64,000 nucleotides of DNA from an uncultured Anaerolineales bacterium (GTDB lineage: Bacteria; Chloroflexota; Anaerolineae; Anaerolineales; UBA11858), in the NCBI GenBank assembly GCA_964438295.1, contig CAYTKR010000006.1, positions 5,469-69,468 on the forward strand. The letters run 5' to 3'. Under the pieces are notes generated by a model. It was not told the origin of the DNA, did no database searches, and saw nothing but the letters and a program-made list of their open reading frames with translations. Within the stretch, counting starts at the first letter, position 1; each line of letters opens with the position of its first letter. Below, one piece after another: positions 8,755 to 17,711 of this stretch. Both the position numbers and the translations under genes were made by a program.

Positions 8755-9507
8755 ATGCAATCTGTTTTCGAACTGACCGGAGTGAATCAGCGTTTTGGCG
8801 TGTTCCCTGTCCTGAAGGATATCAATATCCAGATCGGTGCTGGAGAACACGTCGCGCTGGTTGGCCCCAGCGGGGCTGGAAAAAGCACCTTGATCAGGCT
8901 GTTGAATGGGACGCTCTTCCCAACAGATGGCTCAGTACGCGCACTGGGACAGGATGTTTTTCGTCTCAACTCCCGACAATTGCGCCGTCTCCAGAGACAG
9001 ATTGGGACGATATATCAACAATTTCATTTGGTGGAAACTATGCGCGTGATCCACAATGTCAACGCAGGTCGACTGGGAAGTTGGTCTACCCCCAAGGCGC
9101 TGCTGTCATTGTTTTGGCCGCGGGATGTGGATATCGCATCTCAGGCTCTCTTTCAAGTTGGCATCCCGGAAAAGCTGTACGCACTGACTCACCAGCTCTC
9201 CGGAGGGCAGCAACAGCGGGTCGCCATCGCCCGAGTGCTGGTGCAAAATCCTAAAGTCATTCTGGCTGATGAGCCAATTTCTAATCTCGATCGCGAGCGT
9301 GGGCGCGACATCATGGATCTGCTGCTCAACGTGTGTGTGGGTGGCAAGACAACCTTGATTGCCACTCTCCATGCTGTTGAGTTTGCCCTGAGTCATTTCC
9401 AACGTGTTATTGGTTTGCGGGAGGGAAGGATTTTGTTCGATGCTCCCGCACCTGATGTGTCCGATGCAATGATCAAAACCCTCTACCAGATTGCCCCAGT
9501 CTCCTGA
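8755..9507 (+). CDS. phnC: Phosphonate-type ABC transporter ATP-binding protein
   Basis: Walker [10 protein letters not shown], signature [15 protein letters not shown], Walker B ILADEP. PhnC-typical blocks [22 protein letters not shown] and LHAVEFAL. Confidence 0.75.
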   Translation: MQSVFELTGVNQRFGVFPVLKDINIQIGAGEHVALVGPSGAGKSTLIRLLNGTLFPTDGSVRALGQDVFRLNSRQLRRLQRQIGTIYQQFHLVETMRVIHNVNAGRLGSWSTPKALLSLFWPRDVDIASQALFQVGIPEKLYALTHQLSGGQQQRVAIARVLVQNPKVILADEPISNLDRERGRDIMDLLLNVCVGGKTTLIATLHAVEFALSHFQRVIGLREGRILFDAPAPDVSDAMIKTLYQIAPVS

Positions 9508-9514
9508 CCAAATT

Positions 9515-11239
9515 ATGCAGACGATGCTTTTTAATACGAGGCCACATACTCAATATCCTTGGTGGGCAATCTTCAGCCGCCGAGCGATTTGGGGGGCTTT
9601 GTTCGTTTTGAGTATCGCTTGGGCTGTAGGTCAATCAGAGCTGTTCCGCAGTGAGGTTCTCAACTTGGGTGGATGGACAATGGTTGCAAGACTGCTTGAG
9701 GCGTTCACTCACCCTGAACTGAGTCTGGACTTCTTGTTGCTTGTTCTGGATGCCACCCTCACTACGCTGGCGTACGCAGTCAGTGGCATTTTCCTCAGCA
9801 CCTTCATCGGCCTGATTGGCGGTGTCTTGGCGTCAGAAATTTGGTGGACATCTGTTATCCCTCACCGGATATCCAGATTTGGGCAACGCGCCCCCTGGTT
9901 GGTTTTCCGCTCAGGGTTGGCCATCCCACGCGCCATTCATGAGGTCATTTGGGGATTGTTCTTTGTCAATGTCATTGGCCTGGACCCATTGTCGGCCATT
10001 CTGGCGATCGCGATCCCTTTTGGCGCTATTACTGCCAAGGTTTTCTCAGAAATTTTAGATGAAACTCCATCTGAGCCCTTATTAGCATTGCTCAATAGTG
10101 GGGTATCTCCCCCGAAAGCCTTTGTCTACGCCCATCTGCCGCGTGCGTTCCCCGATTTAACATCCTATAGCTTTTATCGCTTCGAATGCGCCATTCGGTC
10201 CGCCGCGGTATTGGGTTTGATCGGCGCTGGAGGCCTGGGATATGAGATCTACCTCAGCTTGCAAACCTTGAAATATGAACAAATCTGGACGTTGTTGTGG
10301 GCCTTGTTTGCGCTCAATGGTGTAGCAGATCTATGGAGTTCTGCCTTGCGAAGCAGAATCGGTTATCGAAATCGATGTAATGGGGATTGCTTAAGTTATG
10401 ATCTAAACAATTCATCGAAGAGCAGCACCCCCGTGCCCAATGACCCCCTGGTGGCGATCTCCATCCGAGCTGCAATTCTACTCGTTCCGCTGGCTTTCAT
10501 CTACATCAGCCCTGATATAGGGAAATTGATCTCTGCGCGATCTTTTGCAGAGTTCCGTCATGTTGCCCAATTATCTTGGCCGCCTTCTTTTGGGATATTG
10601 CCCGCACAGGACTGGATCAAGAATATTGGTATCACAGGAGTGATGTCCTTATTGGCAATTGCCTTTGCGGGCAGCCTCGCTCCCTTTATGGCCTACTTTG
10701 CGTCGCAGCCAATAGGGTCAAGCGGCTCGACTCCCCGCATGTACCTGAGGAGAAGCGTCAATTTTGCAACACGCGGATTCTTGTTGATTGCCCGTTCGAT
10801 CCCTGCACCTATTTGGGCATTGATGTTCCTTTTCCTGTTTTTCCCAGGGATTTTGCCAGGTGCACTAGCCTTGGGTGTATATACCCTGGGAGTTTTAGGG
10901 CGCTTGGTTGCTGAAACCATAGAGAACCTAGACGATAGGCCAGTCCAGGCTCTCAAAGCCCAGGGAGCCTCGCCGTTGCAATCGATTGCTTATGGTGTGA
11001 TCCCATTGACAGTCCCCCGATTTATTGCATACTTATTAGTACGCTGGGAAGAGGCGATCCGGGCTACGGTTGTTGTCGGTCTCGTTGGTGCGGGTGGACT
11101 TGGTCGACTGCTGATCGAACAACTCAGCAGCTTCGACTACAGCGCCGTACTCGCGATATTGATTGTTTTTGCGGGGATAATTTTTACCGTTGACCTGATC
11201 AGCGCCACTGCACGCAGAGATTTTCGTTTGAGTAGTTAG
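9515..11239 (+). CDS. phnE: Phosphonate-type ABC transporter permease, duplicated/fused (two PhnE-like halves)
   Basis: 574 aa, polytopic, with two homologous halves, each ending in ...AAVLGLIGAGGLGYEI... / ...ATVVVGLVGAGGLGRLL.... Start set at ATG 9515, after the phnC stop; the ORF track began at TTG 9491. Confidence 0.7.
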   Translation: MQTMLFNTRPHTQYPWWAIFSRRAIWGALFVLSIAWAVGQSELFRSEVLNLGGWTMVARLLEAFTHPELSLDFLLLVLDATLTTLAYAVSGIFLSTFIGLIGGVLASEIWWTSVIPHRISRFGQRAPWLVFRSGLAIPRAIHEVIWGLFFVNVIGLDPLSAILAIAIPFGAITAKVFSEILDETPSEPLLALLNSGVSPPKAFVYAHLPRAFPDLTSYSFYRFECAIRSAAVLGLIGAGGLGYEIYLSLQTLKYEQIWTLLWALFALNGVADLWSSALRSRIGYRNRCNGDCLSYDLNNSSKSSTPVPNDPLVAISIRAAILLVPLAFIYISPDIGKLISARSFAEFRHVAQLSWPPSFGILPAQDWIKNIGITGVMSLLAIAFAGSLAPFMAYFASQPIGSSGSTPRMYLRRSVNFATRGFLLIARSIPAPIWALMFLFLFFPGILPGALALGVYTLGVLGRLVAETIENLDDRPVQALKAQGASPLQSIAYGVIPLTVPRFIAYLLVRWEEAIRATVVVGLVGAGGLGRLLIEQLSSFDYSAVLAILIVFAGIIFTVDLISATARRDFRLSS

Positions 11240-11264
11240 CTTATTTGTCCAGAGGAGTGAAAAA

Positions 11265-11753
11265 ATGGATATAAAAAATCAAAAGCAAGTTCCCCTGAAC
11301 TGGATTGCCCTGTTACGGATGATGTTGGGAGTTTTGTTCTTGACCACATGGTGGAGCAACCTCAATAAAGGCTTCTATACATCCGGAGGATTACGCAATT
11401 TCTTTACCTACGTTTTCCCCCAAGGCGATAATCCATTGTGGTGGTATGCCTCGTTTATCGAAGGCGTGATCCTGCCCATTCGAGAGGTCTTTGCTCCCAT
11501 ACTATTGGTGGGAGAATTCCTGATTGGTTTCGCACTACTATTCGGAGCACTTACACCCTTGGTCAGCATTTTTGCCGCATTCTTCATCGTCAACACCTAT
11601 TTCGCGACCTTTGGTCATGATTGGCCTTGGAGTTACGTGATGATCTTGGGCATTCTCTTTGTTGTGTTTGGCGCAAAAGCGGGACGCAGTTTGGGAGTCG
11701 ATGCCTGGCTGCATGCGCGCCGAGGCGAGCCACCGATAGGCATCTTGTGGTGA
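11265..11753 (+). CDS. DoxX-family integral membrane protein
   Basis: 162 aa with four predicted TM helices. The N-terminal LLRMMLGVLFLTTWWSNL block is typical of DoxX/DoxD. GGAGG-like RBS upstream. Confidence 0.55.
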   Translation: MDIKNQKQVPLNWIALLRMMLGVLFLTTWWSNLNKGFYTSGGLRNFFTYVFPQGDNPLWWYASFIEGVILPIREVFAPILLVGEFLIGFALLFGALTPLVSIFAAFFIVNTYFATFGHDWPWSYVMILGILFVVFGAKAGRSLGVDAWLHARRGEPPIGILW

Positions 11754-11757
11754 AGCT

Positions 11758-13200
11758 GTGACGGTACTAGAGATCATCTACGTAATCAGCGCCGGGATGT
11801 TGGCTGTTTATGGCTATAACTCCCTGATCCTGGCCTGGATCCGAACAAAGCACCATAAACCCCTGCCGGTTAAAAATGTGGGACCGAAATACGACTGGCC
11901 GCAGGTAACTGTACAACTGCCAATCTATAACGAGCGCTTTGTAGCGGAGCGTCTGATTAATCAGATTGGAGAGCTGGATTACCCGCGCCAGCGTCTCCAC
12001 ATCCAGGTGTTAGATGACTCTACAGACCGCACGACAGAAATAATCGCCAAGACTGTTTCACAACAACGTGCAAACGGACTGGATATCGTCCACATTCGTC
12101 GACCTGAGCGGACTGGGTATAAAGGGGGCGCTTTGGAATTTGGCTTGTCATCAGCCAAAGGTGACTACGTCGCCATATTCGATGCCGATTTTTTGCCACC
12201 GCAATCTTTTCTAAAAGAGATGCTGCCTTACTTTGATGATGATCCGAAAATTGGCTGTTTGCAGGGCCGCTGGGGGCACCTCAACCGAAATTCCTCCTGG
12301 CTGACACGGGCTCAGGCCAACGGCATTGATGGGCATTTCATCGTCGAACAAGATGTTCGCAGCAGCAACAATGTATTTCTAAACTTCAATGGCACTGCAG
12401 GGATTTGGCGCAGAGATTGCATTCTGGATGCAGGTGGCTGGCATCATGATACCCTCACCGAAGACCTAGACCTAAGCTACCGCGCCCAATTAAATGGCTG
12501 GAAAATCCGTTATGTCCCTCATGTGGTTGCACCCGCAGAATTGCCCGTGCATATCAGCGCACTAAAGAGGCAACAATTCCGCTGGGCAAAAGGCAGCATT
12601 CAAACAGCACGTAAACTGCTCGGTCAGCTATGGAAATCGGATAACCCTCTAATTCTAAAAATTGAGGGTTCTATCCACCTGACGAATTACATCGTTCACC
12701 CTCTCATTCTGTTAAACTTGGCACTAACCCTGCCACTGGTCTCCTCACAAAGTCCGCTGCTATGGATCACTCCCCTCTTCACGTTTGCAGCCATTGGACC
12801 GATGCTAATGTATTGGGTAGCCATGGGTTTTGAGGGCAAGAGGCCTATACAGAAAATGCAAAATTTGTCCATGTTAGTTGTGCTGGGCATGGGGTTATCC
12901 TTGAATAATACGAGGGCTGTGGCTGAGGCGCTCTTAGGGAAGCAGAGCTCGTTCTTGCGAACACCCAAATTTAATCTTCGTGGTAGAAAAAATGCCCTAG
13001 GTACTAGCGAATACGTCCTCCCTATTGACCCAAATGCTTGGATTGAAACGCTGATTGCCGCGTATGCTCTCGGCCTGTTTATTTATGTGGTAACCAGTGG
13101 GGTATGGAGTCTGGTGGTCTGGTTGTTATTGTATGCTGTAGGGTATTGTTACATCGCCAGTCTGAATTTTCGCCAGGGTGTGGTTGAAGTTAGTCGATGA
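11758..13200 (+). CDS. Processive family-2 glycosyltransferase (cellulose-synthase/CslA-like)
   Basis: Motifs VLDDSTD, FDADF, TEDLDLSYR and QQFRWAKG (QxxRW), an N-terminal TM helix and a C-terminal multi-TM region. GTG start 4 nt after the DoxX stop. Confidence 0.8.
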   Translation: MTVLEIIYVISAGMLAVYGYNSLILAWIRTKHHKPLPVKNVGPKYDWPQVTVQLPIYNERFVAERLINQIGELDYPRQRLHIQVLDDSTDRTTEIIAKTVSQQRANGLDIVHIRRPERTGYKGGALEFGLSSAKGDYVAIFDADFLPPQSFLKEMLPYFDDDPKIGCLQGRWGHLNRNSSWLTRAQANGIDGHFIVEQDVRSSNNVFLNFNGTAGIWRRDCILDAGGWHHDTLTEDLDLSYRAQLNGWKIRYVPHVVAPAELPVHISALKRQQFRWAKGSIQTARKLLGQLWKSDNPLILKIEGSIHLTNYIVHPLILLNLALTLPLVSSQSPLLWITPLFTFAAIGPMLMYWVAMGFEGKRPIQKMQNLSMLVVLGMGLSLNNTRAVAEALLGKQSSFLRTPKFNLRGRKNALGTSEYVLPIDPNAWIETLIAAYALGLFIYVVTSGVWSLVVWLLLYAVGYCYIASLNFRQGVVEVSR

Positions 13201-13355
13201 TGTTTGTTATTAGTAATGATGGTTTGTTTTGGATATTTTTAAATATATAATGGATATGCGCATTAAATGGTATTTAAAAAGCCGCGACTCATCAGCTTCC
13301 GGTATAATTTGATATATCGAAAATTGGAACCAGGTCCATCTCCAGCAACTCACCG

Positions 13356-16300
13356 ATGCTGATCCCACAAGTCATCCGCACAAAGATAATCCCCCCTACC
13401 CCACCGGCACGCATCCTTCAGCGACCACGGCTTTCTAAAGCATTGGATGAAATTGCCCATTATCGTTTGACATTGCTCCAGGCGAACGCGGGATATGGCA
13501 AGAGTACCGCCCTCACGTCCCTGGCCCAAGAGATGCCGGTTATTTGGTATCAGATCACCGAGGAAGATAATGATATTTTCGTCTTCCTGCTCCATCTACT
13601 CCATGCTACCCAAGTTGCCATTCCGCATATCGACACTCTCCCCATCCATTTGCTAGAGGGATGGGATAATATCCAAGATCCCTTACCAATGGTGGAAATT
13701 GTCCACCAGTATTTGAATGCACTGAGTGGCAGTTTACACCAGCTTACAATTCTAGTGCTCGATGACATCCACTTAGTGGCCAACGTCCCTGAGATTGCAC
13801 ATGCACTTGATCGACTCATTGGACTGGCACCGTCAGAGCTAAAAATCTTGCTTTCTTCGCGCTTTCCGATAAAGCTGCCCAATTTGACCCGCTGGCAATC
13901 GCGCGGCGATGTCCTCTCCATCGACCACAACACATTGAAATTTACAAGAGACGAGATTTCACTCCTTTTCAAGAAGCAATACGATCATGAGCTCGCGGAC
14001 GAAGAAATCGATAGCCTCACTCAACTCACCGAAGGCTGGGCAATCGCACTGCAACTTGCCTGGCAGAGTTTGCGCAGCGGCGCAATTGCTTCTATTGAGG
14101 ACGTGATAAGTAAAGGTGCGAAATCCCAAAGTCACCTATTTGAGGTACTTACCTTTGAGGTCATGCAACAGCAGCCTGAGGATATTCAGGTTTTTCTGCA
14201 AATATCTGCCACATTGAGGATCATGACCCCAGAAGCCTGCGATGCCATTCGAGGGAGTACTAATAGCGAAACGATCCTCGATCATCTTCGCCAACATGAG
14301 CTATTCGTTGTCGATCTTGGCGATGAGGGACTCCGCTACCATCATATTTTTCACCAGTACTTGTTAGGACTGTCGGCTGAAGATCAATTGCGTGACTGGC
14401 ACCAACTGGCAGCAAAGTACTACCAGAATCATTCTGATATCGATTCCGCGATCTACCATCTATTTCGCGCCGAAAATCACCATCAGGCAGCCACATTACT
14501 CAGCAATTATGGCCCGCGCTTATTGGTAATGGGACGCCTCGATACGTTAGCTGCCCACCTTGACAATCTATCACCTGAAACGCTCCACCAACATCCCATC
14601 CTACTTACTTATCTTGGTGACCTGGCCCGTTTACGAAGTCGGTTTCAAGAAGCGTTGGGCTGGTACAAGCAAGCAGAAACCCTTTGCAAAGAACGCGGTC
14701 TCAGTGACGGTCTAAGTCGCTCGCTGCGTGGCCAGGCGCGCGTATATCTCGACACCGTCAGTCCTCGCCGAGCTGAAGAGCTATTGCAGCAAGCCTTACG
14801 AGTCAGCGACGGCACTGCGGACCGTGAGGCCCAGTCCAGGCTCTATCAACTGTTGGCAGAAAATAAGTTGGACACCGGCAAAGTGGAAGAGGCGGAGGAG
14901 CTACGCCACAAAGCGGAGGCACTTGTCCGAGAGGGGCCAGCAGATTCTCAGTTACTCATCCGGGTGCTATTGCGAACCGGACGCCTGGCAGAAGCCAGGG
15001 AACAGTTAGAGGCGTTGGTCGAAGTCGAGCGCAAAGAGCCAGTGCATATTGCACGATCGCATCGAGAGACCTTGCTGTTGCTTTCATTCATTTATGCGAT
15101 GCAGGGCAATCACCAAGATGCATTCCAAACAGCATCAGAGGGAATTGAGCGCGGCAAAGCCTTGAACTCACCTTTTATCACGGCTGTGGGACATATGCGC
15201 CTTGGTCATGCCCAAATGTTGAGTTCTGATCCCGACCTCTTCCAAAAATCAAGAGAGCAATTTGAAAAGGCCATTGAAATCAGCCGCACCTTGGCCATCC
15301 CGCGGTTGCGCGTGGAGGCTTGCTGGGGGCTTTGTAAGACATACGGATATCAAGGAGATCTCGAAGAGGCGACCAAGATCGCCTTTGAAGGAATCGAGCT
15401 TGCCAGCCTATCTGGAGATGAATGGATTGCCTCACTTATTCGCATGGCAATGGGGGCAAGTCTTACCCTGGCGGGAAAATACGACGAGGCTTCCGAGTGG
15501 TTGCGGCAGGCAGCCCGAGGATTCCGCGAATGCAGTGACCCCTTTGGAACGAACGCAGCCAGATTGTGGTTAAGTCTCGTCAGGTTCCGTCAAGGGGATT
15601 TGGAGCGCTTATCTCAAACCCTTCGTGAAGTTTTGGCCGCATGCCGGCAGCAACACTACGACTATTTATTTACTCGTCCTTCTTTATTTGGCCTGACGGA
15701 TGAGCGCCTGGCAATTCCCTTGTTGATTTTGGCTCGAGAGCATGGCTGGGAGGGCACCTATCCGGAAAGACTGCTCAACGAACTGGGTCTTGAGAAAATT
15801 CGAAGTCATCCGGGGTACCAACTAAAAGTCCAAACTCTGGGCGCGTTCAAAGTCTGGAGAGGCAGCAAGGAAATCCCCCATAAGGGTTGGCGTCGTGAAA
15901 AAACGCGCCAGCTATTCCAAATCTTGCTCACATACCGTCAGACACCTCAAAATCGCGAACAATTATGCGAGCATCTCTGGCCTGAGATCGATCCAGACAC
16001 ATCCCAGCGAAATTTCAAAGTCGCTCTAAGCACCTTGTATAACGTACTCGAACCCAACAGAGAACCAGGCAGCGATTCGGCCTTTATTGTTCGTCACGGG
16101 ACCACTTACTCCATAAGACCAGAAGCTGACCTCTTGATCGATGCTGCCCAGTTCGCCACGATCGTCCATCAATCTGAAAAAATCATGGCTCATGATCCTC
16201 TTCAGGCCATCGATTTGATGGAGGAGGCTCTGGCGCTTTATAGTGGTGAGTACCTCCCAGACGCACGCTACGAAACCTGGGCCGCTGCAGACCGAGAGCA

Positions 16301-16583
16301 ATTGTCCGTTTTATATCTGCGCACGGCTGATCAATATTGTGAATTGAGTCTACAGAACAACAACATTGAAGAAGCGATCCATTTGTGCCAGCAAATTTTG
16401 AGCTATGACAACTGTTGGGAACGCGCCTACCGGCACTTGATGACTGCCTATGATCAACTTGGGGACCATGGTCAGGTTGCCCGAACGTACCAGCGCTGCC
16501 TGGATACACTAAAAGAAGAATTAGATGTCCTCCCAGCTCCCGAAACCGAACAACTCTACCAACGCCTGATCCTAACGGAATAA
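13356..16583 (+). CDS. Large STAND-type transcriptional regulator: MalT-like N-terminal ATPase, TPR-like middle, C-terminal SARP (OmpR-type wHTH + BTAD) domain
   Basis: The N-terminus follows the MalT pattern (TKIIPPTPPARILQRPRL..., LLQANAGYGKST, VLDDIHLV, TEGWAIALQLAW). The C-terminal ~250 aa follow the SARP pattern (LKVQTLGAFKVWRGSKEI...WRREKTRQLFQILL..., then ALALYSGEYLPD...WERAYRHLMTAYDQLGDHGQVARTYQRCLDTLKEELDVLPAPET). Confidence 0.8.
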   Translation: MLIPQVIRTKIIPPTPPARILQRPRLSKALDEIAHYRLTLLQANAGYGKSTALTSLAQEMPVIWYQITEEDNDIFVFLLHLLHATQVAIPHIDTLPIHLLEGWDNIQDPLPMVEIVHQYLNALSGSLHQLTILVLDDIHLVANVPEIAHALDRLIGLAPSELKILLSSRFPIKLPNLTRWQSRGDVLSIDHNTLKFTRDEISLLFKKQYDHELADEEIDSLTQLTEGWAIALQLAWQSLRSGAIASIEDVISKGAKSQSHLFEVLTFEVMQQQPEDIQVFLQISATLRIMTPEACDAIRGSTNSETILDHLRQHELFVVDLGDEGLRYHHIFHQYLLGLSAEDQLRDWHQLAAKYYQNHSDIDSAIYHLFRAENHHQAATLLSNYGPRLLVMGRLDTLAAHLDNLSPETLHQHPILLTYLGDLARLRSRFQEALGWYKQAETLCKERGLSDGLSRSLRGQARVYLDTVSPRRAEELLQQALRVSDGTADREAQSRLYQLLAENKLDTGKVEEAEELRHKAEALVREGPADSQLLIRVLLRTGRLAEAREQLEALVEVERKEPVHIARSHRETLLLLSFIYAMQGNHQDAFQTASEGIERGKALNSPFITAVGHMRLGHAQMLSSDPDLFQKSREQFEKAIEISRTLAIPRLRVEACWGLCKTYGYQGDLEEATKIAFEGIELASLSGDEWIASLIRMAMGASLTLAGKYDEASEWLRQAARGFRECSDPFGTNAARLWLSLVRFRQGDLERLSQTLREVLAACRQQHYDYLFTRPSLFGLTDERLAIPLLILAREHGWEGTYPERLLNELGLEKIRSHPGYQLKVQTLGAFKVWRGSKEIPHKGWRREKTRQLFQILLTYRQTPQNREQLCEHLWPEIDPDTSQRNFKVALSTLYNVLEPNREPGSDSAFIVRHGTTYSIRPEADLLIDAAQFATIVHQSEKIMAHDPLQAIDLMEEALALYSGEYLPDARYETWAAADREQLSVLYLRTADQYCELSLQNNNIEEAIHLCQQILSYDNCWERAYRHLMTAYDQLGDHGQVARTYQRCLDTLKEELDVLPAPETEQLYQRLILTE

Positions 16584-16607
16584 TCAATTTGTAACCATCT
16601 CGTTACG

Positions 16608-16652
16608 GCCCTTTGCTATCCTGATGAAGAAGCAAAGGGCAATTTGATTCTT
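16608..16652 (+). terminator. Possible intrinsic terminator after the regulator gene
   Basis: 10-bp stem gccctttgct (16608-16617) / agcaaagggc (16631-16640) with a 13-nt loop, followed by the moderately T-rich aatttgattcttt. Confidence 0.4.
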
Positions 16653-16676
16653 TGCGAAAGCACAACGTTGTTACCT

Positions 16677-16901
16677 ATGTCGAAACACGAATTGCAACCC
16701 GCCATCTGCTCGTTTGTCATTCGATTTGTGCGTGAGCCCCAAGAAGATTCGAAATCTGAGGGCCATAGTCCCCGGCACTATCGAGGTGCAATACGTCATG
16801 TGCAAACAGATGAAGAACTCGGGTTCACACAATGGAAAGATGCAGTACACTTCATTCAACAATTCATTCCTATCCATGATTTAGAACAAAAGGAGCTATA
16901 A
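16677..16901 (+). CDS. Small hypothetical protein (74 aa)
   Basis: MSKHELQPAICSFVIRFVREPQ...HYRGAIRHVQTDEELGFTQWKDAVHFIQQFI. Its stop TAA directly abuts the ATG of the next gene (16902). No clear RBS. Confidence 0.45.
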   Translation: MSKHELQPAICSFVIRFVREPQEDSKSEGHSPRHYRGAIRHVQTDEELGFTQWKDAVHFIQQFIPIHDLEQKEL

Positions 16902-17663
16902 ATGCGTCTTAAGGACAAAGTTTGTTTGATCACCGGGGGAGCTGCCGGGATCGGGAAAGCCACCGCTCAACGCTTTGTTGAAGAAGGTGCCAAGGTCATC
17001 ATCTGTGACCTGGCTGAAGAGTTGGGAGAGAAAACCGCATCCGAATTAGGGGTTGATTTCTACAAAGTTAATGTGGCCGACCGCCATGATGTTCAGAGTT
17101 GGGTGGACGATGTAATAAATAAATATGGGCGTGTGGACGTTTTGATCAACAACGCCGGCGTTCTGCGAGATGGCCTATTCGTCAAAGTCAAGGATGGCGA
17201 ACTGGCTGGCCAAATGTCTGAAGAGAATTTTGATCTGGTCATCGATGTAAATTTGAAGGGTGTATTCAATTGCGCTCAGGCAGTAGCACCTTTCATGATC
17301 AAACAAGGCGAGGGTGGCGCAATCATCAATACGACCTCTATCGTTGGCCTGGATGGCAACTTTGGGCAGACCAACTACGTGGCTTCCAAAGCTGGAGTGA
17401 TCGGCATGACCAAAGTTTGGGCGCGCGAGTTGGGACGTCACAAGATCCGCGTCAATGCTATCGCCCCAGGCTTCACGCTGACTGAGATGGTCAAGCAAAT
17501 GCCTGAGAAGATATTGGAAGGCATGATCGCCAAAACTCCGATGAAACGCATGGGCGAGCCCGTAGACATCGCCAACGCCTTTTTATTCCTTGCATCCGAC
17601 GAAGCCACCTACATCTCCGGAGTCACCTTAAGAGTCGATGGCGGAATTGTTGTTGGAACCTGA
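16902..17663 (+). CDS. Short-chain dehydrogenase/reductase, 3-oxoacyl-(ACP/CoA) reductase type (FabG/PhaB-like)
   Basis: TGGAAGIGKA cofactor motif, NNAG, and catalytic S...YVASK. AAGGAG RBS. Confidence 0.85.
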   Translation: MRLKDKVCLITGGAAGIGKATAQRFVEEGAKVIICDLAEELGEKTASELGVDFYKVNVADRHDVQSWVDDVINKYGRVDVLINNAGVLRDGLFVKVKDGELAGQMSEENFDLVIDVNLKGVFNCAQAVAPFMIKQGEGGAIINTTSIVGLDGNFGQTNYVASKAGVIGMTKVWARELGRHKIRVNAIAPGFTLTEMVKQMPEKILEGMIAKTPMKRMGEPVDIANAFLFLASDEATYISGVTLRVDGGIVVGT

Positions 17664-17671
17664 ACGCATTG

Positions 17672-17703
17672 AGACCTTTAGGGTTTGAAAACCCTAAAGG
17701 TCT
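17672..17703. other. Perfect 14-bp hairpin between the SDR and KAS-III-like genes
   Basis: agacctttagggtt-tgaa-aaccctaaaggtct. No T-run follows it. Confidence 0.6.
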
Positions 17704-17711
17704 ACTCTATT

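Noticed and set aside
13201-13355. AT-rich 155-nt region with a TATAAT hexamer at 13303-13308 upstream of the large regulator
   Set aside because: It is plausibly the regulator promoter, but no matching -35 box at proper spacing could be identified. It is therefore not reported as a feature.
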